Shown piece after piece: positions 1-9,298 of a stretch of DNA of 64,000 nt. The DNA lies in assembly GCA_045656285.1 (NCBI GenBank), contig JAZOQY010000032.1:6758-70757 (forward strand), read 5' to 3'. Below the pieces are notes generated by a model that was given only the letters and a program-made list of their open reading frames with translations, ran no database searches and was not told the origin of the DNA. The stretch comes from Kiritimatiellia bacterium. Lineage in GTDB: Bacteria; Verrucomicrobiota; Kiritimatiellia; RFP12; UBA1067. Within the stretch, counting starts at the first letter, position 1, and each line of letters starts with the position of its first letter. Made by a program: the position numbers and the translations under genes.

Positions 1-798
1 TTCAGGGCGCTGGGTGTGATCGAAGTTGCCGCCTCTGTCGTGCGGTTTGCCGTCATGGTGGTTTTGATGCCGCTCAAGGCGCTTCTGGGGTATTTTGCGG
101 CGCAGGCCGCACAGCCGCTGACGCGAATCCTGGCCAGTCTTTTCGCGCTCCGTAAAGAGCTTGAGACAAAAGGCGAGAGCTATTGGAACCGGGGAAGCAC
201 CAGGAAGTTCGCGGCGCTGTTTTCGCTTGTGCTGGTCTATCAGGCTGTTCCGATGGCGGTTTCGCTTCTTGAGCAGTATGTCATCCGCACTTCAATGAGC
301 GCGCACGATTCTGCGGGATATTATATGGTTTCGCGATTTTCGGATTTTCTTTTTTACGTAACATTCCCGCTTTTGATCGTTTCGTTCCCTTATACGGCGC
401 AGGCGGGCGACAGACGTTCGCGCATGAAGTACGTCGTGGGGTGTTCCGCCGCAACTCTCGCCGCTGCGATTGCCGCGGCCGCATTGTATGTGTTTTGCGG
501 AACGCGGCTTTTGTCGCTTCTGCCGAACGGCGCGGAGTATTCGGAGTATGCTTGCCTGATGCCGCATTTGGTGCTGGCGGCAGCGCTTACGTCGGTGCAG
601 GTCTTTGTGACGAATGCCGAGGTTTCGGCCGGCAATTTCGGCTTTATGAAATGGTTTATTCCGGTGCATGCGGTTTATGCCGTCGCATTCGCAGTCGCGA
701 CGATGATGGGTTTTGTGAAGGCTCCTGATGATTTGATAGGCTGGTTTTGGAGTCTGGCGATAGCTCGAGTTGTTTTTTCCGTTCTCCAGACACGTTAA
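1..798 (+). CDS. Integral membrane protein, C-terminal part (5' end lies outside the window); possibly a MOP/Wzx-type flippase
   Basis: The frame of ORF 16..798 stays open back to base 1 (ttc agg gcg ctg ggt, no stop). The product is a series of hydrophobic helices. The family guess rests on topology only. Confidence 0.5.
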   Translation, partial: FRALGVIEVAASVVRFAVMVVLMPLKALLGYFAAQAAQPLTRILASLFALRKELETKGESYWNRGSTRKFAALFSLVLVYQAVPMAVSLLEQYVIRTSMSAHDSAGYYMVSRFSDFLFYVTFPLLIVSFPYTAQAGDRRSRMKYVVGCSAATLAAAIAAAALYVFCGTRLLSLLPNGAEYSEYACLMPHLVLAAALTSVQVFVTNAEVSAGNFGFMKWFIPVHAVYAVAFAVATMMGFVKAPDDLIGWFWSLAIARVVFSVLQTR

Positions 799-824
799 AC
801 CTTCAGATATTTCAAGGAATCGGG

Positions 825-854
825 TTGACTATCTCAATAGTGATTGGGTATACT
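825..854 (+). promoter_or_regulatory. Sigma70-like promoter upstream of the GH78-like gene
   Basis: TTGACT (825-830), 18-nt spacer, TATACT (849-854) in the intergenic region before the ATG at 933. Confidence 0.4.
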
Positions 855-932
855 GTTTTCGCTGTTTCTGTGGGGTTTATTTTTATAATCCTACAGGCTA
901 TAGTATAACACCGCCGTGAACGTAGCGGGTTA

Positions 933-3461
933 ATGGATAATTTAATCGACAGTGATGTTATGAATTTAAAGAAAATTTGTTTTTTGACATTGGCGCTCTT
1001 CGCAATAACTTCCGATGGAGCCGATATAACTCGTGTTTATCGTCCGGCGCGTTATTCACGCGGCAATACCAATCTTATTCCCGTTCAGCATGTCGATGAC
1101 GCTTCCTGGATATGGGCGACCACGAACAGGCCGGTTATGCATCAGTTTGATGACTGGAGCACTTATACGATGGCAGAAGGTTCCAGTGATGTTGAGTTTT
1201 TAAAGTTTCGTAAGGAATTCGACGTTAAAGAAGGTGAAGGCGAGCTTATTTTCGATGTGTCGGGCGATGAGAGGTTTTATCTGACTTTAGACGGCGTGTT
1301 CGTAGCGCGAGGGCCGAATCGCAGTCCTGTCGAGAACTGGCAGTATCAGACGTATTCGGTTAAAAACCTTAAGCCCGGCCGACATGTTTTCGAGGCGGTA
1401 GTCTGGAAGGTCGGAATCCATTCGCCTATGGCTCAGGTTTCTCATCGCGGCGGTTTTGTTTTTAGCGCCGAGGGAGTATACGACGCAAAACTTACTACCG
1501 GTAAAACCACGTGGCAAGTCGCTGAGATTGACAATGTAAAGGCATTGAAAATTCCAAATGAAGCGTGGGAGGTCGGCGGACAGTTTGAGGTGAAAGGGCG
1601 CGGACCTTATGCCGTTGAGCCTAAGGCGTGGCGCGACGCGGTCGTAGTGCGCAATCATGCGGGCATGAAGGGGCGCGGCATTTGCGGTGTAAGAACGGTG
1701 GGCTGGATGCTCTTCCCGACGCAGCTCCCCGATCAGACCGAAGAGCGCATTTCGGTCGGTACCGTTAGAGCCGTTGCGCGAAATGTGGAATGGAGATCGC
1801 GCCATACGTACAGTGAAGAGGATTGCCGTGATCCGCTTGTCGGCAAAATAAATGACTTTCTTAAAAATGGCGGTAAGCTCGTAATTCCGGCGAATACGCG
1901 ATTTCAGGCTGCCGTTGATTTGGGCGTTTATAAGTGCGCGTATCCGATTTTAAAAATGAAGGGTGCTAAGGGCGCGCGCGTTTCGTGGACTTGGGTAGAG
2001 TCGGCGATTGACGCTAAGACGAAGCGAAAAGCCAACCGTAATGAAATTATCGGTAAGTATTTGCGCGGCTATGGTGATGATTTTGTTTCAGATGGAGCTA
2101 TAGGAGAGTTTTCCACTCCCTGGTTCAGATGCGGAAGATGGTGCAGGATCGATGTCGAAACTCTTGATGAGCCATTGGAGATTTCGGAGATGTATCTTAT
2201 TTCGAGCCGTTATCCTCTTGAGATGGAGTCTGCTTTTACGGCGACGCCCGACGCATCGTTCGGCGAAATCCGCGAGATTTGCGCGCGCGCTATGCAAATG
2301 TGCGCACATGAAACTCTTTTTGACTGTCCTTATTACGAGCAGCTAATGTATGCCGGAGACACCCGCGTTCAGCTTCTCGTTTTAGCGGCCATGTCCAACG
2401 ATGAGAGACTCATTAAGCGCGCGATAGAGTGTTACGATCTAGCTTCGCGCGATGACGGTACAGTTCCGATGAGTTGGCCTCAGCGCGGAATCCAGGAGTC
2501 GTTTACATATACGCTCGCCTATCTGCTTATGTACGGCGATTATGTAATGAACGGTACCGATCGTCAGTGGCTTAAGGCGCGTTTGCCCGGATTCAGAAAG
2601 ACGATGTCGGGTGTAGAATATTATGAGAATAACGAAGGGCTTTTGGAGGATGTGCCCGGGTGGCCGTTCATGGATTGGCCGGTAGGGTGGTATGCGGGCA
2701 TGGCGCCCGGGAGTTTCGTAGGAGACGGCGTAAATGCCGAGATAAATCTCTTTTGGCTTCTCGCGCTTGAGTCGGCGGTAAAAGTCGAGAAGGCGTTAGG
2801 TAATGACGATATTGCTGAGCATTGGGCTAAGAAGGCTGCGAAACTAAAGTCGAAGATTTTCGAAAAGTTCTGGTGCGTTGAGAGAGGACTCCTTTCCGAT
2901 ACGCCACAGATGAAGCATTTCTCGGAGCACGCCCAGGCGCTTGGCATTATTTCGGGCGTTCTCGAAGGTAAGAATGCGGAACTTGCGCTGAAGCATCTTT
3001 TGGAGGATAAGGATTTGGCGCGTTGCACAGTCTACTTTTCGTATTATCTTTTTGAAGCGTTTTTCAAGATGGATAGGGGGGACTTATTCCTGAATCGTCT
3101 TGATCTCTGGCGTGATTACCTAAAGCTGGGCGTAACCACGCTTTTGGAGCGCCCTGAAAATGAAAAGATTCAAGCGCGAAGCGATTGTCATGCATGGGGC
3201 GCCCATCCGATCTGGTTTATGCAGACGGGACTTGCAGGAATCAAGAGTGACGGAGAGTTCTTTTCCCGAGTGCTGATAAAACCATCGCCTGGAAGCCTTA
3301 AGCGGATCAAGGCGTCGCATCCTCACCCAAAGGGTATGATAACCGTAGAGCTCGAGTTTTTGGGAGATGGCGTTTCTGGGTATGTTGATACGCCGGTTGA
3401 AGGATGTTTTAAATACAAAAATACGACATTAATCCTTAAGGCCGGAATTAACAGGTTTTAA
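933..3461 (+). CDS. Alpha-L-rhamnosidase-like six-hairpin glycoside hydrolase (GH78-related)
   Basis: 842-aa ORF. FDCPYYEQLMYAGDTRVQ is typical of the bacterial rhamnosidase (alpha/alpha)6 domain. A signal-peptide-like MNLKKICFLTLALFAITS starts at the internal Met at 960, which is an alternative start. Confidence 0.75.
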   Translation: MDNLIDSDVMNLKKICFLTLALFAITSDGADITRVYRPARYSRGNTNLIPVQHVDDASWIWATTNRPVMHQFDDWSTYTMAEGSSDVEFLKFRKEFDVKEGEGELIFDVSGDERFYLTLDGVFVARGPNRSPVENWQYQTYSVKNLKPGRHVFEAVVWKVGIHSPMAQVSHRGGFVFSAEGVYDAKLTTGKTTWQVAEIDNVKALKIPNEAWEVGGQFEVKGRGPYAVEPKAWRDAVVVRNHAGMKGRGICGVRTVGWMLFPTQLPDQTEERISVGTVRAVARNVEWRSRHTYSEEDCRDPLVGKINDFLKNGGKLVIPANTRFQAAVDLGVYKCAYPILKMKGAKGARVSWTWVESAIDAKTKRKANRNEIIGKYLRGYGDDFVSDGAIGEFSTPWFRCGRWCRIDVETLDEPLEISEMYLISSRYPLEMESAFTATPDASFGEIREICARAMQMCAHETLFDCPYYEQLMYAGDTRVQLLVLAAMSNDERLIKRAIECYDLASRDDGTVPMSWPQRGIQESFTYTLAYLLMYGDYVMNGTDRQWLKARLPGFRKTMSGVEYYENNEGLLEDVPGWPFMDWPVGWYAGMAPGSFVGDGVNAEINLFWLLALESAVKVEKALGNDDIAEHWAKKAAKLKSKIFEKFWCVERGLLSDTPQMKHFSEHAQALGIISGVLEGKNAELALKHLLEDKDLARCTVYFSYYLFEAFFKMDRGDLFLNRLDLWRDYLKLGVTTLLERPENEKIQARSDCHAWGAHPIWFMQTGLAGIKSDGEFFSRVLIKPSPGSLKRIKASHPHPKGMITVELEFLGDGVSGYVDTPVEGCFKYKNTTLILKAGINRF

Positions 3462-3512
3462 TAAAACTAAACTCTTGCGGATTATGATAAAATATCTGCT
3501 AGAGGAAAAAAG

Positions 3513-4916
3513 ATGGATACAGCAATAGCTATAGTGGGTATGAGTTGCCGTTTCGCCGGCTGCAGTACGCCCCAGGCGTACTGGGACGCGATCATGGCCA
3601 GACGCAGCATGCTTACGGTGCCGGGCGCCGACGCGGAGCTGCCCCATGGCCAGCGGGGCATATTCGGCAGGCCATACCCCGTCAGGCTCGGACAGCTTGG
3701 CGATCTGTATTCGTGCGTTCCTTCCATGCAGAACTTCCCTCGTCAGGTGAACGCCGGCGAGAACCAGGACCTTTATTTTGCGACCCAGCTTGCGTTCGAC
3801 GCCCTGACCGACGCGTCGATCCGCCTTCATTCGCGCGAGCCTATCCGCGGCACGGTGCGTCTCGGTTATGCGCCGCCTTTCAATGCGTCGACGATCAACT
3901 GGCTGCAGCATACGTACTTTCTCGACCAGACGATGGACATCATCCGGCGGTTCATGCCCAATGCGCCGCTTGAATCGCTCGAGTCGATGAGATCCAAGCT
4001 CAAGGAGTCGCTTCCCGAGCCGAATGCCGCGTCTTTCCTCCTTGGCTCCGGCTACCGCTTTGTTTCGTGGATCGCTCGCGAATGTTCGTTCTCCGGCGCC
4101 GCTACGATCCTCGACGCCGGCATCCTGAGCGGCGGCGCGGCGTTGATGGAGGCTGTCGACGATCTGAGGCTCGGCCATGCCGACGTCGCGCTCGCGGGCG
4201 CAATAACCCCTCCGATGAGCCGCGCCTATCTTGAAGGGCTTTCGGGGGAGGTTCGCTTCTCGACACGGCAGGAGCTGCATCCGTTCGAGCAGGACGGCGA
4301 CGGCACGATACCCGGCGAAGGCGGGGCGATGTTCGTTCTGAAGCGCCGTGAAGACGCGCTCAAGGCGCGCAACAGAATCTACGCTCTCATAAAATCCGTT
4401 TCTGTCGGCCACAATCCGGAAGACGATCCGTCCCGGATCCTTTCGGATGCGATCGACAAGGCGGGGGCGACGGTCCCGTCGATCGGGCTTGTCGAGGCCG
4501 ACGGCTCGGGAATAAAGGAAATGGAGAGCCGCGAGATCGAGGCGATCCAGCGCCTCTGGGGCGAACACCGCCCGGGCGGACCTCTCGTCGGCGTCGGCTC
4601 CGTGAAGGGCAACATCGGACATACCATGAGATCTTCGATGTCGGCCGGTGTTGTGAAGGCGGCGCTCGCCCTGCGTTACAGGGTGCTTCCGCCGCAGGTC
4701 ACGCCCGACCATCCGTCCGATGCGATCGCGAATCTCGGTTCGAGCGCGTATCTGCTTACCGAGCCGCGTCCGTGGATAACGGGCGACAGCTCCAACCCGC
4801 GCCGCGCGGCTGTTCTGGCGTCGAACTTCATTCCCAGCAATCCCATCGGCGTTGCGAGCCGCGAAGGGCGCAGTGCGGCGATCATCCTTGAAGAAGAGCC
4901 GGAGGACAGGATATGA
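3513..4916 (+). CDS. Beta-ketoacyl synthase-like protein (type I PKS/PUFA-synthase KS fold) with the active-site Cys apparently replaced
   Basis: N-terminal IAIVGMSCRF and C-terminal GSVKGNIGHT are KS landmarks. The expected DTACSSS reads LDAGILSGG, and EAHGTGT reads VEADGSG. RBS gaggaaa lies before the ATG. The stop overlaps the next start (ATGA). Confidence 0.75.
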   Translation: MDTAIAIVGMSCRFAGCSTPQAYWDAIMARRSMLTVPGADAELPHGQRGIFGRPYPVRLGQLGDLYSCVPSMQNFPRQVNAGENQDLYFATQLAFDALTDASIRLHSREPIRGTVRLGYAPPFNASTINWLQHTYFLDQTMDIIRRFMPNAPLESLESMRSKLKESLPEPNAASFLLGSGYRFVSWIARECSFSGAATILDAGILSGGAALMEAVDDLRLGHADVALAGAITPPMSRAYLEGLSGEVRFSTRQELHPFEQDGDGTIPGEGGAMFVLKRREDALKARNRIYALIKSVSVGHNPEDDPSRILSDAIDKAGATVPSIGLVEADGSGIKEMESREIEAIQRLWGEHRPGGPLVGVGSVKGNIGHTMRSSMSAGVVKAALALRYRVLPPQVTPDHPSDAIANLGSSAYLLTEPRPWITGDSSNPRRAAVLASNFIPSNPIGVASREGRSAAIILEEEPEDRI

Positions 4917-7900
4917 CGGCTGATTTTTCGATCATCGGCGGCTCGGAGCTCGTCATCATTTCGGCCGAGAACGACGCGAAACTCGTCGAGGAGATTTCGC
5001 GCCTCATAACGTTCATCGACAGGATCCCCGACTGTTCGCTCGTCAATGTCGCCTACACCTGCAGCCTCATGCGCGGCGAGAGCGTTCTTGCGCTCGTCGC
5101 TTCGTCCGTCCAGGATCTGCGCGACCGCCTTTCGTCGGCGAAGAACCGGCTCGAGTCCGGAACGGTGACGCGCCTCAAGGACAAGAGCGGAACATATTAT
5201 TTCCGCGATCATCTCCTTGGAGAGGGAAAGGGCAAGCTCGCCTTTGTGTTCCCCGGCGCTATCTCGTTCTATCCCGACATGCTTCGCGATCTTGTCGTCC
5301 TTCATCCCGAATGCCGCGCGCCGTTCGACGAGCTTGAAGAGGCGCTTGTCGGTGAACCCGGCTTTACTCCTTCGAATTTCATCTTTCCGCCCGCGCCGTA
5401 TTACAGGCACGATGCCGACATCTTCAGTTCCGGCGCGTACTCCCAGGCGCTTGTCGCGACCTATGCCGGATGCGCGGCGATGTCGCGCCTTCTCGATGAG
5501 GCGGGACTCAAGCCGGACGGCATCGTCGGATGCGGCGGCGGTGATCTCGCCGCTGTCATGAAGTCCGGGGCCGCCTCCGCCGCCGCATCGCGCACGGAGC
5601 GCGTCAAGGCTCTTCGCGACATCTACAAGATCGTCAGCAAGGCCGTCGACAACAAGGGACTGCCGAAGATCGTGATGGTTACGGCGATGGTGCGCCACGA
5701 GGAGGATCTTGATGCGGTCCTCTCGTCGTTCCCGAAAAAGAAGGTTTATCTCGTCTGCGATTTTTCGCCCAAGATGAAGACTCTCGCGATCGAGCCTGAT
5801 TTCGAGGAAACGGCGATGAAGGCGTTCGCGAATGCGGGAATAAGGATTTTGAGGCTCGAGCTCGACAAGCCGTTCAACACGCCGGACTGCTCGCCGATCG
5901 TCCCCGCGATCAAGAAGTTCGCGACGGACTACATGAAGCACAAGAGCGTCTGCGAGGTCTATTCGTGCGCCATCGCCGACAGGCTGCCCGAGAGCCCGCG
6001 CGCCGCGCGAAAGGATACGGCGGAGCGCTGGGCGAAGCCGGTCCTTTTCGCCCAGACGATCCGCAAGATGCACGAGGACGGCTACAGGGTGTTCGTCGAA
6101 GTCGGGCCGCGCGGCATCATGACGGGCGCCGTCGAAGAGACTCTCTCCGGACGCCAGTTCGCCGCGGTTGCGATGAATTCGATCCATCGCCGTTCGCTTC
6201 TTCAGGTGCAGCATGCGCTCGCGCAGCTCGCCGCCTTGGGCGCGGGGATCGACATATCGGGCTTCTTCGTCCGCCGTCGCGCCAAAAAGCTCGATTTCGA
6301 CGCGACGCTTTCGATGGAGTTCAGAACCGTCATCGAACGCAGGCTTTCGCGCTCCTTCCCCAAGATGACGTTTCTCGGCGAGCCTGTCGCGACGGGGCTG
6401 GCGTATACGGGCGAGCCTAAGGCGCGCGGTTCGCGCGCGGCGGAGCGCGCCGCAGCCAAGGCGGCCCGCGAAAGCTCGCGCCTCCAGTTCGCCGCAGGAA
6501 CGAGCGATCCGCTTATTTCCGACGCGCCGCCGACGGAGTCGATCCCTGGCGTCTCTTACGAGTTCACGAAGCTCTTCAGGATTTCCGACGCGCCGTTCAT
6601 TGCCGATTTCGCCTACGGCGTCAGCCAGCTTTCGTATTCCGATCCGAATCTTCGCGGTCTTGTGCTCTTGCCTATTCCGCTCGCCGTCGAGATCATGGCC
6701 GAGACGGCGCAGCGTGTCGTTCCGAATCGCGTTCTCGTGAGGATCGAAGATTTCATCTGCCGCCGCCGCGTCGCCTTCTCGAAGGGCGAGCTCAAGCTTA
6801 CGGTCAAGGCCGAGCGCGTCTCGCCCGCCGATCCGTCGACCGCCGCGGTAAAGGTCCAGATACGCGACGATACGCCCGATGCGCAATTTACGTGGCCCTT
6901 GATGGAGGCCAACTTCATCATGGCCGCCGAACGTCTCGAGCCGACGAGCGCCCAGGTCGAGCAGCTCGCCCATCCGCGAAGCGTCCACTGGTCCGGGCGC
7001 GACATCTATCCGTCGAAGCTCGGCTTCGGAAGCCGCCTGAGAGGAATCGTGTTCGCCGAGAGCTGGGCCGAAAGCGGCATCAACTACGAAGTCGAGGTTC
7101 CTTCCTCGTCGGGGAGCGTGACGTTTACCTTGATGCCGTCGTGGACGGTGAATCCGCTTCTGCTTCAGATCGTGACGAGCGGCTTCATGCTGTGGCGTTG
7201 CCACGAGAAGTTCACGGGCGCGTTCTCCTTCCCGTTCCGCTTCAGGCGTCTCGAGCTGAAGGGGCCGGGGCTCAAGGAGGGCTCGCGCCTCAACTGCTAT
7301 CTGCGCCTCACGGGTGTCACGCCGCGTTCGCACCTTTGCGACATAACCGTAACGGGCGGCAACGGCAACGTCGTCATGGAGATCGACGGCTGGGAGGAGA
7401 TTACCGAGCGTGTGCCGAAGAACTTCTGCGATATGGTTCTTCAGCCCGCGACGAGCTTCATTTCGGAGTGCGTGCCCGCCGAGGTTTTCGGGGATCCGGG
7501 AACGGATGTCGCGTCGGCGGTGATAACCGATGTGCCTTACGCGATGTTCGAGCGCAACGAGGAGCTGTGGCTCAAGATCCTGAGCAACGTCGTTCTCAAC
7601 GCTCCCGAAAGGCGGGAGGCCGCGAAGATGAAGGGCTCTGTCGCGCGTCGCACCGAATGGCTCTTCGGGCGCATCGCGGTCAAGGAGGCCGTGAGGCGCT
7701 ATCTCAAGAATTTCCATCAGGCGCGCTGGAGCTACGCCGATGTCCAGATTTGGCCCAACGAGAACGGCAAGCCTCAGGCGATCGGCGCGTGGGGCGACAA
7801 TCTCACGTCGAAGATCGATGTCGCCATCGCCCACACGTCGCAGTTCGTAATCGCGCTTGCGGCCGCCAACGCCAAGATCGGCGTGGACGTCGAGTCCATC

Positions 7901-8242
7901 TCTCGCAACCTTTCCGAAGAGTTCACGCACGGCGTATTCTCTCCCGAGGAGCTGGAGCTCGCGACGAAGGCCGCCAACGCCTCTCAGGCGATCATCCGCT
8001 TCTGGTGCGCCAAGGAGGCGGTCTCGAAGGCTCTCGGAACGGGCATCCGCTATTCGCCCAAGGAAATGGTGATTACGGACTACCTGCCCGATTCCGGCAA
8101 CATCACGATGCGCCTCACCGGCGCGTGGGTCGATGTGTTCAAGAATTTCACAGGCCGCGACATTCCCGTCTCGACGCGCGTCGTCAAAGATCATGCGCTC
8201 GCGTTTTCGTTCATTCCCGCTTCGCTCTTCAATGAAAATTGA
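4913..8242 (+). CDS. Multidomain PKS-like protein: KS-AT linker, acyltransferase-like region, dehydratase-like region and a C-terminal Sfp-type 4'-phosphopantetheinyl transferase
   Basis: LAFVFPGAISFYPDML and GIVGCGGGDLAA align by eye to the AT motifs FPGQGSQ and GHSxGE. A hotdog-like stretch reads FIADFAYG...LLPIPLAVEIM. The C-terminus has PPTase motifs AIAHTSQFV, KIGVDVESI and FWCAKEAVSKALG. Confidence 0.7.
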   Translation: MTADFSIIGGSELVIISAENDAKLVEEISRLITFIDRIPDCSLVNVAYTCSLMRGESVLALVASSVQDLRDRLSSAKNRLESGTVTRLKDKSGTYYFRDHLLGEGKGKLAFVFPGAISFYPDMLRDLVVLHPECRAPFDELEEALVGEPGFTPSNFIFPPAPYYRHDADIFSSGAYSQALVATYAGCAAMSRLLDEAGLKPDGIVGCGGGDLAAVMKSGAASAAASRTERVKALRDIYKIVSKAVDNKGLPKIVMVTAMVRHEEDLDAVLSSFPKKKVYLVCDFSPKMKTLAIEPDFEETAMKAFANAGIRILRLELDKPFNTPDCSPIVPAIKKFATDYMKHKSVCEVYSCAIADRLPESPRAARKDTAERWAKPVLFAQTIRKMHEDGYRVFVEVGPRGIMTGAVEETLSGRQFAAVAMNSIHRRSLLQVQHALAQLAALGAGIDISGFFVRRRAKKLDFDATLSMEFRTVIERRLSRSFPKMTFLGEPVATGLAYTGEPKARGSRAAERAAAKAARESSRLQFAAGTSDPLISDAPPTESIPGVSYEFTKLFRISDAPFIADFAYGVSQLSYSDPNLRGLVLLPIPLAVEIMAETAQRVVPNRVLVRIEDFICRRRVAFSKGELKLTVKAERVSPADPSTAAVKVQIRDDTPDAQFTWPLMEANFIMAAERLEPTSAQVEQLAHPRSVHWSGRDIYPSKLGFGSRLRGIVFAESWAESGINYEVEVPSSSGSVTFTLMPSWTVNPLLLQIVTSGFMLWRCHEKFTGAFSFPFRFRRLELKGPGLKEGSRLNCYLRLTGVTPRSHLCDITVTGGNGNVVMEIDGWEEITERVPKNFCDMVLQPATSFISECVPAEVFGDPGTDVASAVITDVPYAMFERNEELWLKILSNVVLNAPERREAAKMKGSVARRTEWLFGRIAVKEAVRRYLKNFHQARWSYADVQIWPNENGKPQAIGAWGDNLTSKIDVAIAHTSQFVIALAAANAKIGVDVESISRNLSEEFTHGVFSPEELELATKAANASQAIIRFWCAKEAVSKALGTGIRYSPKEMVITDYLPDSGNITMRLTGAWVDVFKNFTGRDIPVSTRVVKDHALAFSFIPASLFNEN

Positions 8243-9110
8243 TTTTCCAGAATACGCCTGCGATTATTCAAAGCGCCTTGCATCTGTTTCTCCCGCATTC
8301 GCAAAACAGGTATACGATCCGAAGCCGTCCCGCCGCAAGTCGGATGACGATGACGGGGCGTACGGCATAGATCCGTTCGGCGAGCTTGCCGGGGCGTCGA
8401 AATGCTTCGGGCTCAAGCAGCGCTTCAGGGATCGCGTTCTTGTGATGACGTCCGACAGGTGCTTCATGAACTGCAGGCACTGCACGCGGCGCGGGCTTTT
8501 GGGCAAGGCGCAGGTCGTCCGGACGAAGGCTGAACTTGACGCTTGCGTCGATTATGTGAAGGCGAGGCCGGAGGTGCGGGATGTCCTTCTCTCCGGCGGC
8601 GATATCCTCACATTGAGCGACAGGGAGATAATGCGTTTTGTCGATGCGTTCGCCGCGCTCGACCAGATCGACATCGTCCGCGTGTGCACCCGCGCGTTGT
8701 GCACGAATCCGATGCGCGTTACGGACGGGCTCGCGAAGGCTCTCGCCAGATCGGGCAAGGTCTGGGTCAACACCCAGTTCAACTGCGCCGATGAACTTAC
8801 CTCAGAGGCGCGTGAAGCGGCGGCGAAGCTTGTCAACAGAGGCATTCCCGTTTCGTGCCAGAGCGTTCTTCTCAAAGGCGTCAACGATTCGGCGCCGAAG
8901 ATGATAAAGCTCCTGAAGGCGCTTTCGGCGGCGCGCATCCGCCCTTATTACGTTTTCATGTGCGACCCGGTCGCCGGGATCGGTCGCTTTCGCGTTCCGG
9001 TCGAAAAGGCGAGAGAGATCGAGCGCCGCGCTGCGGAGGCGCTCGGAGGCTTGAGCCTGCCGCGCTTTGTCGCCGACATCCCGGGCGCCAAACGCAAGAC
9101 GCCGATCTGA
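8232..9110 (+). CDS. KamA/EpmB-family radical SAM aminomutase-like protein (lysine 2,3-aminomutase family), short form
   Basis: CFMNCRHCTRR (CX3CX2C), LLSGGDILTL, QSVLLKGVNDS and RPYYVFMCDPV are present. I chose the internal ATG at 8232 (MKIDFPEY). It overlaps the upstream stop by 11 nt, whereas the ORF-track start at 8133 lies deep inside the upstream gene. Confidence 0.75.
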   Translation: MKIDFPEYACDYSKRLASVSPAFAKQVYDPKPSRRKSDDDDGAYGIDPFGELAGASKCFGLKQRFRDRVLVMTSDRCFMNCRHCTRRGLLGKAQVVRTKAELDACVDYVKARPEVRDVLLSGGDILTLSDREIMRFVDAFAALDQIDIVRVCTRALCTNPMRVTDGLAKALARSGKVWVNTQFNCADELTSEAREAAAKLVNRGIPVSCQSVLLKGVNDSAPKMIKLLKALSAARIRPYYVFMCDPVAGIGRFRVPVEKAREIERRAAEALGGLSLPRFVADIPGAKRKTPI

Positions 9111-9237
9111 CGCTCCTTTTGAGGCGGCGTTTTGCGGTCAGCGGGCTAGCTTGCGGGCAGAGACGGAATTTTCGTTTTCATGTCGTTTTTATTGGGCTTT
9201 TTTGAAAAGCGGGCCAAGATTGCGGCGATGTTGAATC

Positions 9238-9267
9238 TTGATTGAGATAGCGCGATTTTGCTATAAT
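9238..9267 (+). promoter_or_regulatory. Sigma70-like promoter of htpX
   Basis: TTGATT (9238-9243), 18-nt spacer, TATAAT (9262-9267). RBS agaggag lies before the ATG at 9299. Confidence 0.45.
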
Positions 9268-9298
9268 CCAAACCTGCATCAGAGGAGAAAAAAGAGTT

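Noticed and set aside
4676-8194. A 1172-aa ORF on the minus strand
   Set aside because: It lies exactly antisense to the PKS-like genes, which have recognisable motifs. Its product is an Arg/Asp/Gly/Leu-rich string with no motif. Long stop-free antisense frames are expected in high-GC coding DNA.
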